Below are positions 28,893-38,349 of a stretch of 64,000 nt of DNA, in pieces. The stretch lies in the IMG/VR virus record IMGVR_UViG_3300032050_000023; one strand, given 5' to 3'. The notes under the pieces were generated by a model. That model saw only the letters and a list, made by a program, of their open reading frames with translations, was not told the DNA's origin and ran no database searches. The position numbers and the translations under genes are program-made. Each line of letters begins with the position of its first letter. Within the stretch, counting starts at the first letter, position 1. This stretch comes from an uncultured virus (IMG/VR IMGVR_UViG_3300032050_000023). Its lineage: Duplodnaviria > Heunggongvirae > Uroviricota > Caudoviricetes.

Positions 28893-29246
28893 TTAATAAT
28901 TGTATCTTTTTCTAAAAGTGCTATCCACTTGTTTTTTATCCATCTGTGTAATGGTTGTCTTTTTTTCGTCATAATAATTGTTAATAGTTTTTCTTTCTAC
29001 TTTCAAATCCGAAAGTTTTGTATCAATTACTTCTATACTTTTTTGATAAGAATTGATTGAGTCATTAAGTATTTTTTGTTTTTCTTTCAGTTCTCCTATC
29101 TTAATATCTATTTGATTTAATTTATAATCAACTAGCTTACTCCTATCTTCCACAGGACTAAGTCTATCAAATAATAGAAAACAAGCAATTACCAATAAAA
29201 ATACTTGTATAATTTCTCTATAATATTTTTTAAAAAAATTAATCAT
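28893..29246 (-). CDS. N-terminal TM plus coiled-coil protein (i-spanin-like candidate)
   Basis: IIQVFLLVIACFLLF anchor followed by heptad-rich region. Confidence 0.45.
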   Translation of the reverse strand: MINFFKKYYREIIQVFLLVIACFLLFDRLSPVEDRSKLVDYKLNQIDIKIGELKEKQKILNDSINSYQKSIEVIDTKLSDLKVERKTINNYYDEKKTTITQMDKKQVDSTFRKRYNY

Positions 29247-29247
29247 G

Positions 29248-29808
29248 TTATTTAGTTTTTTTTCTATTAGCGATTACCTTTGCCCATTTAGCTTTAAACT
29301 TTTCATAATAAGTTCTTAACTTGGTTATAAATTCAACGAACTCATCGTTGATTTGAATCATATCCCCATTAATGTACATTCCATTTGTTTCTCCGATTGA
29401 AAAGAAGAACTCAATGTCCAAATTTTGTATTTTACCTGACCACTCAACATTACTCTCATAAAGATTTAATTTATTGAAATCGACCAAATCTGATACTTCT
29501 GACACAAATTCATCCATAGTTTCTTGGAACGCTGTTTTATCATCAGTTGTTAATTGTAATCCATTTTTATCTTTAGAACTAATACTCATTAAACCTCCAG
29601 ATATTCTATATGTTTTTGTTTTTTCGAATTTTCTATCAGTAGGTGTTTCACCTGTTGTTTTAACATTTGGTTCTATTTTTTCTTCATCTTCTTCAGTTAA
29701 AATACCATAATATTTGTCCAAAATTTTATGATTTTCAGAAATAGATTCTTTTTTCAGTAAATTTCTAGATGCTGTCAGTAAATTTTTTATTTCTTCTTGT
29801 CTATTCAT
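29248..29808 (-). CDS. hypothetical protein
   Basis: 186-aa ORF. Confidence 0.65.
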   Translation of the reverse strand: MNRQEEIKNLLTASRNLLKKESISENHKILDKYYGILTEEDEEKIEPNVKTTGETPTDRKFEKTKTYRISGGLMSISSKDKNGLQLTTDDKTAFQETMDEFVSEVSDLVDFNKLNLYESNVEWSGKIQNLDIEFFFSIGETNGMYINGDMIQINDEFVEFITKLRTYYEKFKAKWAKVIANRKKTK

Positions 29809-30397
29809 ATTTCAAGTATTTTTCAAATAGTTCAAAATCAAAAGCCGGACTCAAATCAGTAACTTCACTTAGATAGTTACTTCTTGTCACAATACCTTCA
29901 AATTTCTCAACACCATTTATCTTTGTATTATGTCCTAACATATTTAATTTTATGGAGTTTTTCTTTGCTATTTCAACACACAATTTTGATGTTAACACCA
30001 CTTGTTCTTTTGTGTATGGATGCCAATAAAATCTATCTCTCCATTTTTTTTCAAATACATTACTATTATAAATATAACCTACCCAGTTATTGTACCCCTT
30101 GTTAAACGACATTTTTTCTAGCCATCCCAAATTTTCTAAACATACTATAATAGAATTTTTATTTATTTCATTTTTATAAAAAAATTTACTATAATTTTTA
30201 TCTTCTAATAGTTTCAATATTTTACCGTTTCTTGAAATAAAATAATTCGGTGTCTTATTATAATTCCCATTATGTCTGTTTTTTAAAGACAAAAGGTATT
30301 CGTTTGAATACCTTCCGCTATGTATCAAAATTATTTGTTTCTTGTTTTCATTAATTAAATCACTTTCAAAATTTCCGAAATCAATAATATTTATCAT
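29801..30397 (-). CDS. N-acetylmuramoyl-L-alanine amidase (Amidase_2)-like protein, divergent
   Basis: IILIHSG, NYFISRNGKI, NKNSIIVCLEN, YTKEQ, DLSPAFD. Confidence 0.65.
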   Translation of the reverse strand: MINIIDFGNFESDLINENKKQIILIHSGRYSNEYLLSLKNRHNGNYNKTPNYFISRNGKILKLLEDKNYSKFFYKNEINKNSIIVCLENLGWLEKMSFNKGYNNWVGYIYNSNVFEKKWRDRFYWHPYTKEQVVLTSKLCVEIAKKNSIKLNMLGHNTKINGVEKFEGIVTRSNYLSEVTDLSPAFDFELFEKYLKYE

Positions 30398-31464
30398 TCC
30401 TTTTTATATATAAGTCTTTTAGGTTTTTTTTCCTCTTCCTCTTTTGAATAATAATCAATGTCAGTAAACAACTCTTCATTTGGTATTTGAGTAACAATCT
30501 CTTCAATTGTTTCTTCACTTGTTTCATTGTTTTTCACTTCAACTTGGGGGGTTTCTATTTTTTTCTTCCTACCTCTTTTTTTAGGTTTGGTTTCCTCGAT
30601 ATGTTCAATTTTTTCTACGTCAAATACTATTTCTGTTTCTTCAATTTCTTGTTCAATGTTCTTTTTCTTTTTTGATGTAAAAGCTTGGTTAGTAGCGATT
30701 ACAAGAGTAATTGCCAATGGGTCGAAAACAAAAATAAGTATTAGAATAAATAAATTTGCGGTTTTTTTGATATCCCAATCAAGTAGTTCACTTACATACT
30801 TAATAGCACCTAATTCACTACCCGATATTTCAACCGATTCTAAATCCAAAACCTGAACTTCAAGTTTAGTGATACTATCGTTCATACCATCAATTCTTTT
30901 TGAAATGTCGTCTCTTCTAACTTGAGCTTCCTTGAGTTGGTTTTCAAATGACTTTCTGTTTGCATTATTTGCTCTTGTTATAACCTGTCCTGTTCTTCTG
31001 TCAACTGATTGTGTGGTAGTGTTAGTTGACAATCCATCACGTAACTTTGTAATATCACCATCCAAAATAGTTTTTTCTTTTGTCAACTCATCTTTTATTT
31101 GTACGAATCTTTCTTTCTTAACCTCAATGTTTTTGATTTTTTTCTCATTAATTTCAAGTTTTGCGATGTTTCCTTGAAATCCTGTACTCAATAGTCCGTA
31201 AATACCAAGTGAAGTTATTAAAGATAGTGTAACAAGAGCAATTGTCATATATATCTTTAAAGCCCCGTAAGTTTCTTTCCATTTGTCGTGAAGATACGTA
31301 GCTATTGCAATCTTAGATATCTCTAAAAATGACCCCATAATAATCACAGGAGTCGCAACCCCAATGAAAACAACAGATAAACCAACAACACTATAATAAG
31401 CCGCAGTACCCGACAATCCAATAGCACAAAACAATAAAAACCAAGGCAAAAATTTCTCTTTCAT
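30394..31464 (-). CDS. multi-TM membrane protein with central coiled coil
   Basis: Three N-terminal TM segments, coiled coil, FILILIFVFDPLAITL segment. Confidence 0.7.
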   Translation of the reverse strand: MKEKFLPWFLLFCAIGLSGTAAYYSVVGLSVVFIGVATPVIIMGSFLEISKIAIATYLHDKWKETYGALKIYMTIALVTLSLITSLGIYGLLSTGFQGNIAKLEINEKKIKNIEVKKERFVQIKDELTKEKTILDGDITKLRDGLSTNTTTQSVDRRTGQVITRANNANRKSFENQLKEAQVRRDDISKRIDGMNDSITKLEVQVLDLESVEISGSELGAIKYVSELLDWDIKKTANLFILILIFVFDPLAITLVIATNQAFTSKKKKNIEQEIEETEIVFDVEKIEHIEETKPKKRGRKKKIETPQVEVKNNETSEETIEEIVTQIPNEELFTDIDYYSKEEEEKKPKRLIYKKE

Positions 31465-31530
31465 AATTGTAAATTATAATCAATAAATATCAAAAAATAA
31501 AATAAAGGGACATATATGATATTTATCATT

Positions 31531-31926
31531 ATGTCTCTACTCGAAGAAATAATAAGAAAAAATATTCTGAAAGAACAAAAATTTCATGAAATAAATAAAG
31601 AAATAACATTTGATTTCAATTTATATCATGACGAATATGGTCATACTCAAGTAAGAAAATGGAGACATGGTTCTGAAAATAAAATAAGTGACTACGATAT
31701 TGTTAAATTATTAAATAACGCAACCGACCAAATAATTTATAACATAATAGATGGTTATATTAGACACAATAGAAGATTTATAGTTTCAAGAGAAAGAGGC
31801 GATAATTTAAATGTTGTAGTTCAACCAGAAAAATTAGAATCAACCAAATGGAATCTTATTATTGTAACAGTGATGAAAAAATCTGACTTCAATGTTGGTA
31901 AAGGTCAATTACAAATTTTTGTATAA
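31531..31926 (+). CDS. leader-bearing hypothetical protein
   Basis: Start re-set to MSLLEEIIRKNILKEQ; TATTTAT at 31520-31526. Confidence 0.65.
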   Translation: MSLLEEIIRKNILKEQKFHEINKEITFDFNLYHDEYGHTQVRKWRHGSENKISDYDIVKLLNNATDQIIYNIIDGYIRHNRRFIVSRERGDNLNVVVQPEKLESTKWNLIIVTVMKKSDFNVGKGQLQIFV

Positions 31927-32044
31927 AAAAAACCACAGTGTTCTGACTGTGGTTGTTCTAAATGTATTCTGACATAAAGAACTGTTGTTTGTTTTACAAA
32001 GATAGTGTTTTTTTGTTAACTAACAAATTTATTTCTTATAAATA
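31925..32044 (-). ncRNA. small RNA candidate with two CAGAAY-loop hairpins (element 4)
   Basis: Promoter TTTG-N19-TATCTTTG (31997-32027), TATTTAT (32038-32044), two hairpins with the same loop, U-tract; only a 5-codon ORF. Confidence 0.5.
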
Positions 32045-32045
32045 T

Positions 32046-32183
32046 CAAAAACCCCACCAAAAGATGGGGTTAAGTGTTTCATTGTACCATATAGATACAA
32101 TTGAGGTATTTCACCTTGAGAACCTCGTGCCTCATTCCGCCGAGTTATAAGGGTTATCTCGGTTCGACCCAAAACTATAAATA
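32046..32183 (-). ncRNA. structured RNA candidate downstream of the sigma gene (element 2)
   Basis: Stems CCGAG/CTCGG, TGAGG/CCTCA, ATTGTA/TACAAT followed by terminator AACCCCA../..TGGGGTTTTT. Confidence 0.5.
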
Positions 32184-32975
32184 ATCAAATAGTTCTGAAG
32201 ATTCATTTCTAAGCCTTCTTAAAGCCTTTTCTTTGATTTGTCTAACTCTCTCTTTAGTTAAACCAAAATCAGAACCAATGTCTTCAAGTGTTCTTGGTGT
32301 TCCAGTCAAACCAAAATAATCACCAATAATTGATTTTTCTCTTTCATCTAACACATTTAACAATGATACCAACTTATCTTTGAGAATATCTTTGGTGTTA
32401 AAGATAGCATCAGGAGACTCCGCATCAGGATTTGATATCATATCTATAAGTGTATCTCCATCTTCATTTATCTTCATATCTAAATCTATGATAGATGGTA
32501 AAGTTGATAACTTATCACTCATTTTTTTACCTGTTTGCTCGACTTCTTTTTTTGCTCTTTGTAAGTCTTGAACTACATTAACGGGGAGTCTTATAGTTCT
32601 TGCATTATCATTTAATGACTGAATTATTGATTGTTTAACCCACCATACCGCATAAGAAATAAATCTTAAGTCTTTATTCCAATCAAAGTTTTTAATTGCT
32701 TTCATTAGACCTAAATTACCCTCAGCAATAAGGTCAGATAAGTCCAAACCTTGATTTTGATATTGTTTTGCAACTGTAATTACAAATCTAAGATTTCCAA
32801 CCAATAGTTCTTGTTCTACCCTATCTTTCTCAAATTTAGTTAGTGTATCTGACTTCATTTTTTTTGCAAGTTCTTTCTCCCTTTCAGGTGTCATGACCTT
32901 AATTTTACGAATGTCTTTAAGATAGTGTTGAATTTCTTCTTGGTTAATGGGTACTCCGATGTTTCTGTCCTTCAT
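32175..32975 (-). CDS. rpoD: RNA polymerase sigma-70 family factor, RpoD/SigA-like (Bacteroidota type, no region 1.1)
   Basis: NLRFVITVAKQYQNQG, DLIAEGNLGLMKA, FISYAVWW, RTIRLP, TLEDIG..GLTKERVRQIKEKALRRLR. Confidence 0.9.
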   Translation of the reverse strand: MKDRNIGVPINQEEIQHYLKDIRKIKVMTPEREKELAKKMKSDTLTKFEKDRVEQELLVGNLRFVITVAKQYQNQGLDLSDLIAEGNLGLMKAIKNFDWNKDLRFISYAVWWVKQSIIQSLNDNARTIRLPVNVVQDLQRAKKEVEQTGKKMSDKLSTLPSIIDLDMKINEDGDTLIDMISNPDAESPDAIFNTKDILKDKLVSLLNVLDEREKSIIGDYFGLTGTPRTLEDIGSDFGLTKERVRQIKEKALRRLRNESSELFDYL

Positions 32976-32976
32976 A

Positions 32977-33483
32977 TTATATAGATTTTGAGTAATTTTC
33001 TAATTTTTTTCTTTCTGTTAGTGTTAAAGATTCAATTCCACAATCACTAATCTTATCTAAAATTTCATCAATAGTCAAATTTGATTCTTCATTTTGTTTC
33101 AAATTTATGATATAATCTTCTTCATCCTCTACAAAATCAGAATCAATAGTCTCAAAGAAAATATTTTTATCGTCTTTTGGTGGTTCAATATTTTTCAAAT
33201 ATTCAGAATGATTTTGATTCATGTTAGTCATGAAATTACCCATTGACGGTGTTATAAGATACATAAATTGGTCTGAATCTTCAATAACTAGTCTTAAATA
33301 AATATCTAACTCTTCGAAACTCAGGGTTGTGTGGAAATGAAAAATACCGTGATTTTCCCCATAAACATATTTTACCTCTTTGGATGTAACAATTTTAGAT
33401 ATTTCTTCAGCAATTAAATTATTAAGTGAGTGACCTTCCATTTCAGTGTCTTCACATTTGTAAACAAACAATAGATATTTCAT
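32977..33483 (-). CDS. hypothetical protein with C-terminal DUF6576-like motif
   Basis: IDEILDKISDCGIESLTLTERKKL; TATATTTG box at 33503-33510. Confidence 0.6.
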   Translation of the reverse strand: MKYLLFVYKCEDTEMEGHSLNNLIAEEISKIVTSKEVKYVYGENHGIFHFHTTLSFEELDIYLRLVIEDSDQFMYLITPSMGNFMTNMNQNHSEYLKNIEPPKDDKNIFFETIDSDFVEDEEDYIINLKQNEESNLTIDEILDKISDCGIESLTLTERKKLENYSKSI

Positions 33484-33521
33484 ATTTTTGATTTTGATAT
33501 TACAAATATACTGACATTTCC

Positions 33522-35900
33522 TTAATCCACCAAAACTTTTGAAACATTATTTTCCTTCTTTATCTTAATAATAGTATCCGCCCACTGACTAACCATAGGA
33601 TTATGTGTGATTACAAATATCTTTTCAAAGTATTCTTTAATCTTAATGAAGAATTCCGACACAAGTTCCAAGTTATCGTTGGATATTTTTCCAAACACCT
33701 CATCAAAAACAACCACATTTGGTTTTGGTAATGAACACACCTTACTTAATACTGAACGAAGAGCAAGTGATGCGATTGTCTTTTCATAACCTGAACCTGA
33801 CACCATTAGTTTCTCAACACCAGTTCCGTTATCAACCATTACAAACTCAACCTCACTCTTATCGTTGATTCTGATTTCAAGTTTGAAGTAACAACTATCT
33901 TCCATTAATCTTTGAAGTTCTGAGTTGATTAGTGGCATCATACTTTTCATAATCATTTTTCCGACACCATTTTTTCCATAAGATTCCAAATACATTTTAT
34001 AAATCTTGTCTTTGTCCTCCTCTTCTGAAATCTTTTCAATAAGAGATCTGTTGTTTTCAATCTTGTCCTCGTTTGTTTTGATATTGAAATTGTTTGTTGA
34101 TATCTTGTTTTGTTTTTCTTTTAACATCTGCCCATAACTTTCCAATTTCAAATCCGCTTTGATAAGTAATGAATCAATCTTATCGTTTGTTTGAATCTTG
34201 TCTTGGACTTCTTCCCAACGTTTGATTTTGTTTTTCAACCCCTCAATTTTCAAGTCACAACTTTCAATACTTAAATCGTATTTTTCTTTGATAAGTTTGT
34301 TTTTTTCATATTCATCAAACTCTTTTTTCAACCTTACAAACGTTTGCTCTATGCCTGTTAAAACCTGCGTTGATACGTAAATGTTGTCTTTTTGACTAAT
34401 ATAACCATCAAGTTCTGCAATTTTTGCATTAGTTATCGCAGCATTCATAAGTTCAATACCACAATGTTCACATTTAATTCCACCTTCAACAGAAGATTTT
34501 AGTTTTTCAATATCTTCAATCTTTGTTTCAATTTGAATCATCTCCTTATTTAAACTGTTGTATTGCTCCTTTACCTCATCGTGTTTATCTTCGTGGTAAA
34601 ATTCTGATGGTTCAACAACTTGTAACTCAGAAAGTTTTTTAATGTAGGACTTCTTATCAAACTCAATTGTATCAATCTCCTGTTGTGTCTTTTCAGGGTT
34701 CAACAAGGCAATATCTTTATCAATGTCAGAATGTTTTTTCTTCAACATATCATCCCGATAGTTCTTACCTTTTGTAATATTATCTTCAATTTCTTTCACC
34801 TCATCCTCTAATGTTTTGATTTCATCTTTAAGTTCGGTGATTGTGTTTTGATATGTTTCAATATCAGTTTTGAGTTGTTCTGAATTATAAAGGTTGGAAA
34901 TTTTGGATTTACTAAATGTAGAATAGATTTCCTTTGCCACCTCCTCTTTCTTTTTTAGAAACTCCAATCCCATAAACCTTGAAAGGACTTGTCCTCTCGC
35001 TGTAGGTTTTGACTCAAGTAGTTCTTCAAGGTTGGTTGCGGTTGTAAGGATTGTCATTAAGAAATCCTCCTTTGTTCCAATTGAGTTTTTAATAAATGTT
35101 TCAGTTTCTCTTCTTTGTTCACCAGTAAAGTTCAGTAAACTACCATCGTGAAGTTTCTTAAAGAAGTCCAACTCGGTTTTTACATTCCATTCACCTTTCT
35201 TGGACTTCTTTCTTTCAATCTTTCTTATGATAATATAATCCTCACCATCAATTGTAATCTCACCTTTTACAACTACCGAGTCTTTCTCGGTAAATCGGTT
35301 AAAGATTTCTTCTGCTTTTGATGTTTTGGTTGTTTCATTAAAAAATAAGAACATCAACAAATCTACAGTAAGAACTGTTTTTCCACCAAAGTTAGGGGGG
35401 TTTGATTCAACAACCACCAATCCATTACACTTATCAAAGTCCAATCTTTGATTTTGTCCATAGGAAAGAAAGTTTGAGAACTCAATGTTTCTGATATACC
35501 ACTTATTAAACTGTGATGTGTCAGAATCACCTTCCTTCATCTTGTTTTCCACAATCTGATTAAGAGATAGGATTTCATCCAAATTTTTCCCATACCCTTT
35601 TGATTCAACGAACTTTTTAAGTAAGTCAAGTTGATAGTTCACGTCAGTAATGTTTGTTGAGACATCAACACTTTGCATTGTTTCATTATCAACATTCTTA
35701 ACCTTTGTTAATACGTTGACGTTTGTTGTGTTATACTTCTTTTGAAAGTAATGTTTAACACTTTTGATTTTGTCTTGTGTAAAGTTTTCTTGTATGTCTT
35801 CCCAAACTACTTGAATGGTGGGGTTTTCAAATTTAGAAAAATCCAAATCTTTTATCATAATGTTGTAATTAAATAGTTTTGGTGGATTGAATAAATCCAT
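33522..35900 (-). CDS. SbcC/Rad50/gp46-like recombination ATPase
   Basis: NFLSYG, Walker A NFGGKT, coiled coils with CEHCG hook, SGYEK signature, VVFDE Walker B, ITH. Confidence 0.9.
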   Translation of the reverse strand: MDLFNPPKLFNYNIMIKDLDFSKFENPTIQVVWEDIQENFTQDKIKSVKHYFQKKYNTTNVNVLTKVKNVDNETMQSVDVSTNITDVNYQLDLLKKFVESKGYGKNLDEILSLNQIVENKMKEGDSDTSQFNKWYIRNIEFSNFLSYGQNQRLDFDKCNGLVVVESNPPNFGGKTVLTVDLLMFLFFNETTKTSKAEEIFNRFTEKDSVVVKGEITIDGEDYIIIRKIERKKSKKGEWNVKTELDFFKKLHDGSLLNFTGEQRRETETFIKNSIGTKEDFLMTILTTATNLEELLESKPTARGQVLSRFMGLEFLKKKEEVAKEIYSTFSKSKISNLYNSEQLKTDIETYQNTITELKDEIKTLEDEVKEIEDNITKGKNYRDDMLKKKHSDIDKDIALLNPEKTQQEIDTIEFDKKSYIKKLSELQVVEPSEFYHEDKHDEVKEQYNSLNKEMIQIETKIEDIEKLKSSVEGGIKCEHCGIELMNAAITNAKIAELDGYISQKDNIYVSTQVLTGIEQTFVRLKKEFDEYEKNKLIKEKYDLSIESCDLKIEGLKNKIKRWEEVQDKIQTNDKIDSLLIKADLKLESYGQMLKEKQNKISTNNFNIKTNEDKIENNRSLIEKISEEEDKDKIYKMYLESYGKNGVGKMIMKSMMPLINSELQRLMEDSCYFKLEIRINDKSEVEFVMVDNGTGVEKLMVSGSGYEKTIASLALRSVLSKVCSLPKPNVVVFDEVFGKISNDNLELVSEFFIKIKEYFEKIFVITHNPMVSQWADTIIKIKKENNVSKVLVD

Positions 35901-35909
35901 ATTTGAGTT

Positions 35910-36143
35910 TTATTGGTTTTCTCCTTTAACGTCAGATTCCGTTTCTTCTGTTATTTTATCAACTACTTCAAAATTTAAAGGTTTACCAGAAAAATCTACA
36001 TTCATTTCTTCATCACCTGTCAATTTTTGCATTTGATTTTGTAACAACATATCAAAAGCCTTTTGCATAGCACTTTTCTTTTGATTAATCTTAGCATTTC
36101 TTTTTGCTACTTTTTTTCTGTGTTCTTTTGCCTTTTTTCCCAT
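35910..36143 (-). CDS. small basic hypothetical protein
   Basis: MGKKAKEHRKKVAKRN. Confidence 0.65.
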   Translation of the reverse strand: MGKKAKEHRKKVAKRNAKINQKKSAMQKAFDMLLQNQMQKLTGDEEMNVDFSGKPLNFEVVDKITEETESDVKGENQ

Positions 36144-36152
36144 TTTTTTAAT

Positions 36153-36563
36153 TTAATCATTTAATACTTGTTCATTATCATCTTCTTCAGGAATTACGTA
36201 AGTCACTTCTTGTTTTTGATTTGATAATCTATTTTCCTCAAACCATTCAACAATTGAATTTATCATCCAAACAAATCCTGCTGACAACATTCCATCAAAA
36301 AATACTGATATTATTTTATTTAATCCAACTAATTCTACGTTTGGTGAAAAATATGATAAAGACAGAAAGAAACCAACCCAAGTACTCGTACATAAAACAC
36401 ACTGAATTAAACCAGATAAAAACTTTCCAAGAAAGTTAAATGGTAAAGTTATTGTGTTTCCCCAATTGTGTATTCCATTTCTTAGTCCGTTGAAAATAGA
36501 CCCGTAAACTAAAATGTTTGTCATTCCGTAGGCAACCATTACCCAAATTAATAATTGTATCAT
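36153..36563 (-). CDS. membrane protein with CxxC (DUF1360-like)
   Basis: SIFNGLR, LIQCVLCTSTWVGF, hydrophobic segments. Confidence 0.55.
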   Translation of the reverse strand: MIQLLIWVMVAYGMTNILVYGSIFNGLRNGIHNWGNTITLPFNFLGKFLSGLIQCVLCTSTWVGFFLSLSYFSPNVELVGLNKIISVFFDGMLSAGFVWMINSIVEWFEENRLSNQKQEVTYVIPEEDDNEQVLND

Positions 36564-37201
36564 AATAAATCTTTTAAATTTGACCCTTTCATAAAAATCG
36601 CATTAACAGCATCTTTGGGTCTTTGGTTTATTTTTTCTAACTCTTCTATTTTTTTATTTTTTTCAGTTAGTTCTTTTCTGAGTTTTTGTAATGTTTCAGA
36701 TAACATTTTTAACTTTTCACCACTATCATTTTGGTCTAACTTTTGTTTAAAAATGTCTAAATTATGTCTAAGTTCATTTAATTCTTCATCCTTTTTAGAC
36801 ATTTCATTTATCAACTCGGCAATTTTTCCGCCAAGTTCATCTTCTGTTGTTTTGTCACTTATATATTCTATTTTTGTGACAACTTTTTCAACAGGAACTT
36901 CAACAATCTTTTCAACTTCCTTAATTATCTCTTTCTCAACTATAACCTCTTTAATGACTTCAACAGGTATTTCCACTCGTTTTTCAACTATTACCTCTTT
37001 TTCCGCCCATTTTTCTTCAATCCCGCTTGTTTTTAAGTGTTTTTCACCTTCATTAAGTGGTTCTCCCAACAAACCATACTTTTTAATGTCATATCCTTGT
37101 TTGAAACATTGATAGATAAATTCTTCTAAATTGTCAATATTGTTTTTAGAACAATACAAATTGACACCGTCTACAATTTGTTTATTTAACTTTAACTCCA
37201 T
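36560..37201 (-). CDS. coiled-coil protein with V/I-E-K low-complexity repeats
   Basis: EVIVEKRVEIPVEVIKEVIVEKEIIKEVEKIVEVPVEK. Confidence 0.65.
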   Translation of the reverse strand: MELKLNKQIVDGVNLYCSKNNIDNLEEFIYQCFKQGYDIKKYGLLGEPLNEGEKHLKTSGIEEKWAEKEVIVEKRVEIPVEVIKEVIVEKEIIKEVEKIVEVPVEKVVTKIEYISDKTTEDELGGKIAELINEMSKKDEELNELRHNLDIFKQKLDQNDSGEKLKMLSETLQKLRKELTEKNKKIEELEKINQRPKDAVNAIFMKGSNLKDLL

Positions 37202-37847
37202 CGGATTCCATACGATTTTTTATGATTTCACAATAGTGGGAATCAATCTCATAACCAATACTTTCATACCCAAGACGATTGGCTACTTTCAATGTTGTTC
37301 CACTTCCAGCAAAGACATCAATAATTAAATCTTCTTTGTTTGCAGTTGTAAGAATTATCCTTTCAATAAGTTCTTCAGGTATTTGACAAGGATGTTCTGT
37401 CTTTTCTTTACTAACGTTTTTAACCTGATTTATCTCCCACCAATCATAAAGTTTAGCCCCTGTCTTACCTTCTGAAATCCTTTTTTGTATTCGTTTGTCA
37501 TTAAGGTTCTTATATGGTTGTCTCACTTTTCTAAAATCAGGTTTACATCCCCACCACGATATCAATCTTGATTGTTTTCCTGTGTTTGAGTTATATACCC
37601 AACAAACAACTTGTTCACACTTGTCTTTTATGGCTTTTGGTAAAATATTGATTGTTTCTTCGGGATAATGAATTATCACACAAGGAGTTGGTATTTTAGA
37701 AAGAAGTTCTACATACCCTTCTTCTGACAACCTATCTTTATAATCATTATATTTGTAACCTTGATTATATGGGGGATCTGTTATGACAATACCTTTCGGA
37801 ATCTCATAATCTCTATAGTCACCATTTATTATTTCATAATTTGACAT
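37182..37847 (-). CDS. DNA methyltransferase, N6-A/N4-C beta class
   Basis: ITDPPYN, HPCQIP, DVFAGSGTT. Confidence 0.9.
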   Translation of the reverse strand: MSNYEIINGDYRDYEIPKGIVITDPPYNQGYKYNDYKDRLSEEGYVELLSKIPTPCVIIHYPEETINILPKAIKDKCEQVVCWVYNSNTGKQSRLISWWGCKPDFRKVRQPYKNLNDKRIQKRISEGKTGAKLYDWWEINQVKNVSKEKTEHPCQIPEELIERIILTTANKEDLIIDVFAGSGTTLKVANRLGYESIGYEIDSHYCEIIKNRMESDGVKVK

Positions 37848-37851
37848 ATTA

Positions 37852-38346
37852 CTATTTTTCTACCAAATCTTTTTCAGATATTATCACCATATCAATTTCA
37901 AATTCCGGTACAATAGATTTTATTTCATTCTCAATTTGAGGAAAACTAGTCCAAACTACAACACCTTCTTCAGATGGTTTATAGTCATTATCAACTAGAT
38001 ACTGTACAACCGTATCTTTTTCCAATGTTATGAATCCGTGAGCATAACCTCTTGGTACTATTATCTCATCACCCATCCCCATTTCAAAAAATTCAAGTGT
38101 TTTACTTTCTTTAGTATCTCTCATATCAAAGACAAAATCCAATATTTTTCCATTTATAACTTTGATTAATTTTGACTGTGCAAAATTTCCTTTTTGAAAA
38201 TGTAATCCTCTTAATGTAAACTTTTTTGGGTTGTAACTAATGTTACTCTGAATCCAATTTTTTTCAAGTGTTTTCAATGATAATGGACTAAACGATCCTC
38301 TATCATCGAAAAATATTTTGTTCTGTAATCTTCTTGATGTTTCCAT
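37852..38346 (-). CDS. rmlC: dTDP-4-dehydrorhamnose 3,5-epimerase
   Basis: DDRGSF, LRGLHFQ, QSKL, VPRGYAHGF, YLVDNDY. Confidence 0.9.
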   Translation of the reverse strand: METSRRLQNKIFFDDRGSFSPLSLKTLEKNWIQSNISYNPKKFTLRGLHFQKGNFAQSKLIKVINGKILDFVFDMRDTKESKTLEFFEMGMGDEIIVPRGYAHGFITLEKDTVVQYLVDNDYKPSEEGVVVWTSFPQIENEIKSIVPEFEIDMVIISEKDLVEK

Positions 38347-38349
38347 AAA

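Noticed and set aside
32073..32174. Hammerhead ribozyme (GUC...GAAAC)
   Set aside because: Core reads CGGAAUGA rather than CUGANGA, and stem III does not pair well
32155..32175. GGTTCGACCC as a tRNA T-arm
   Set aside because: No cloverleaf, D-arm or matching acceptor stem can be built
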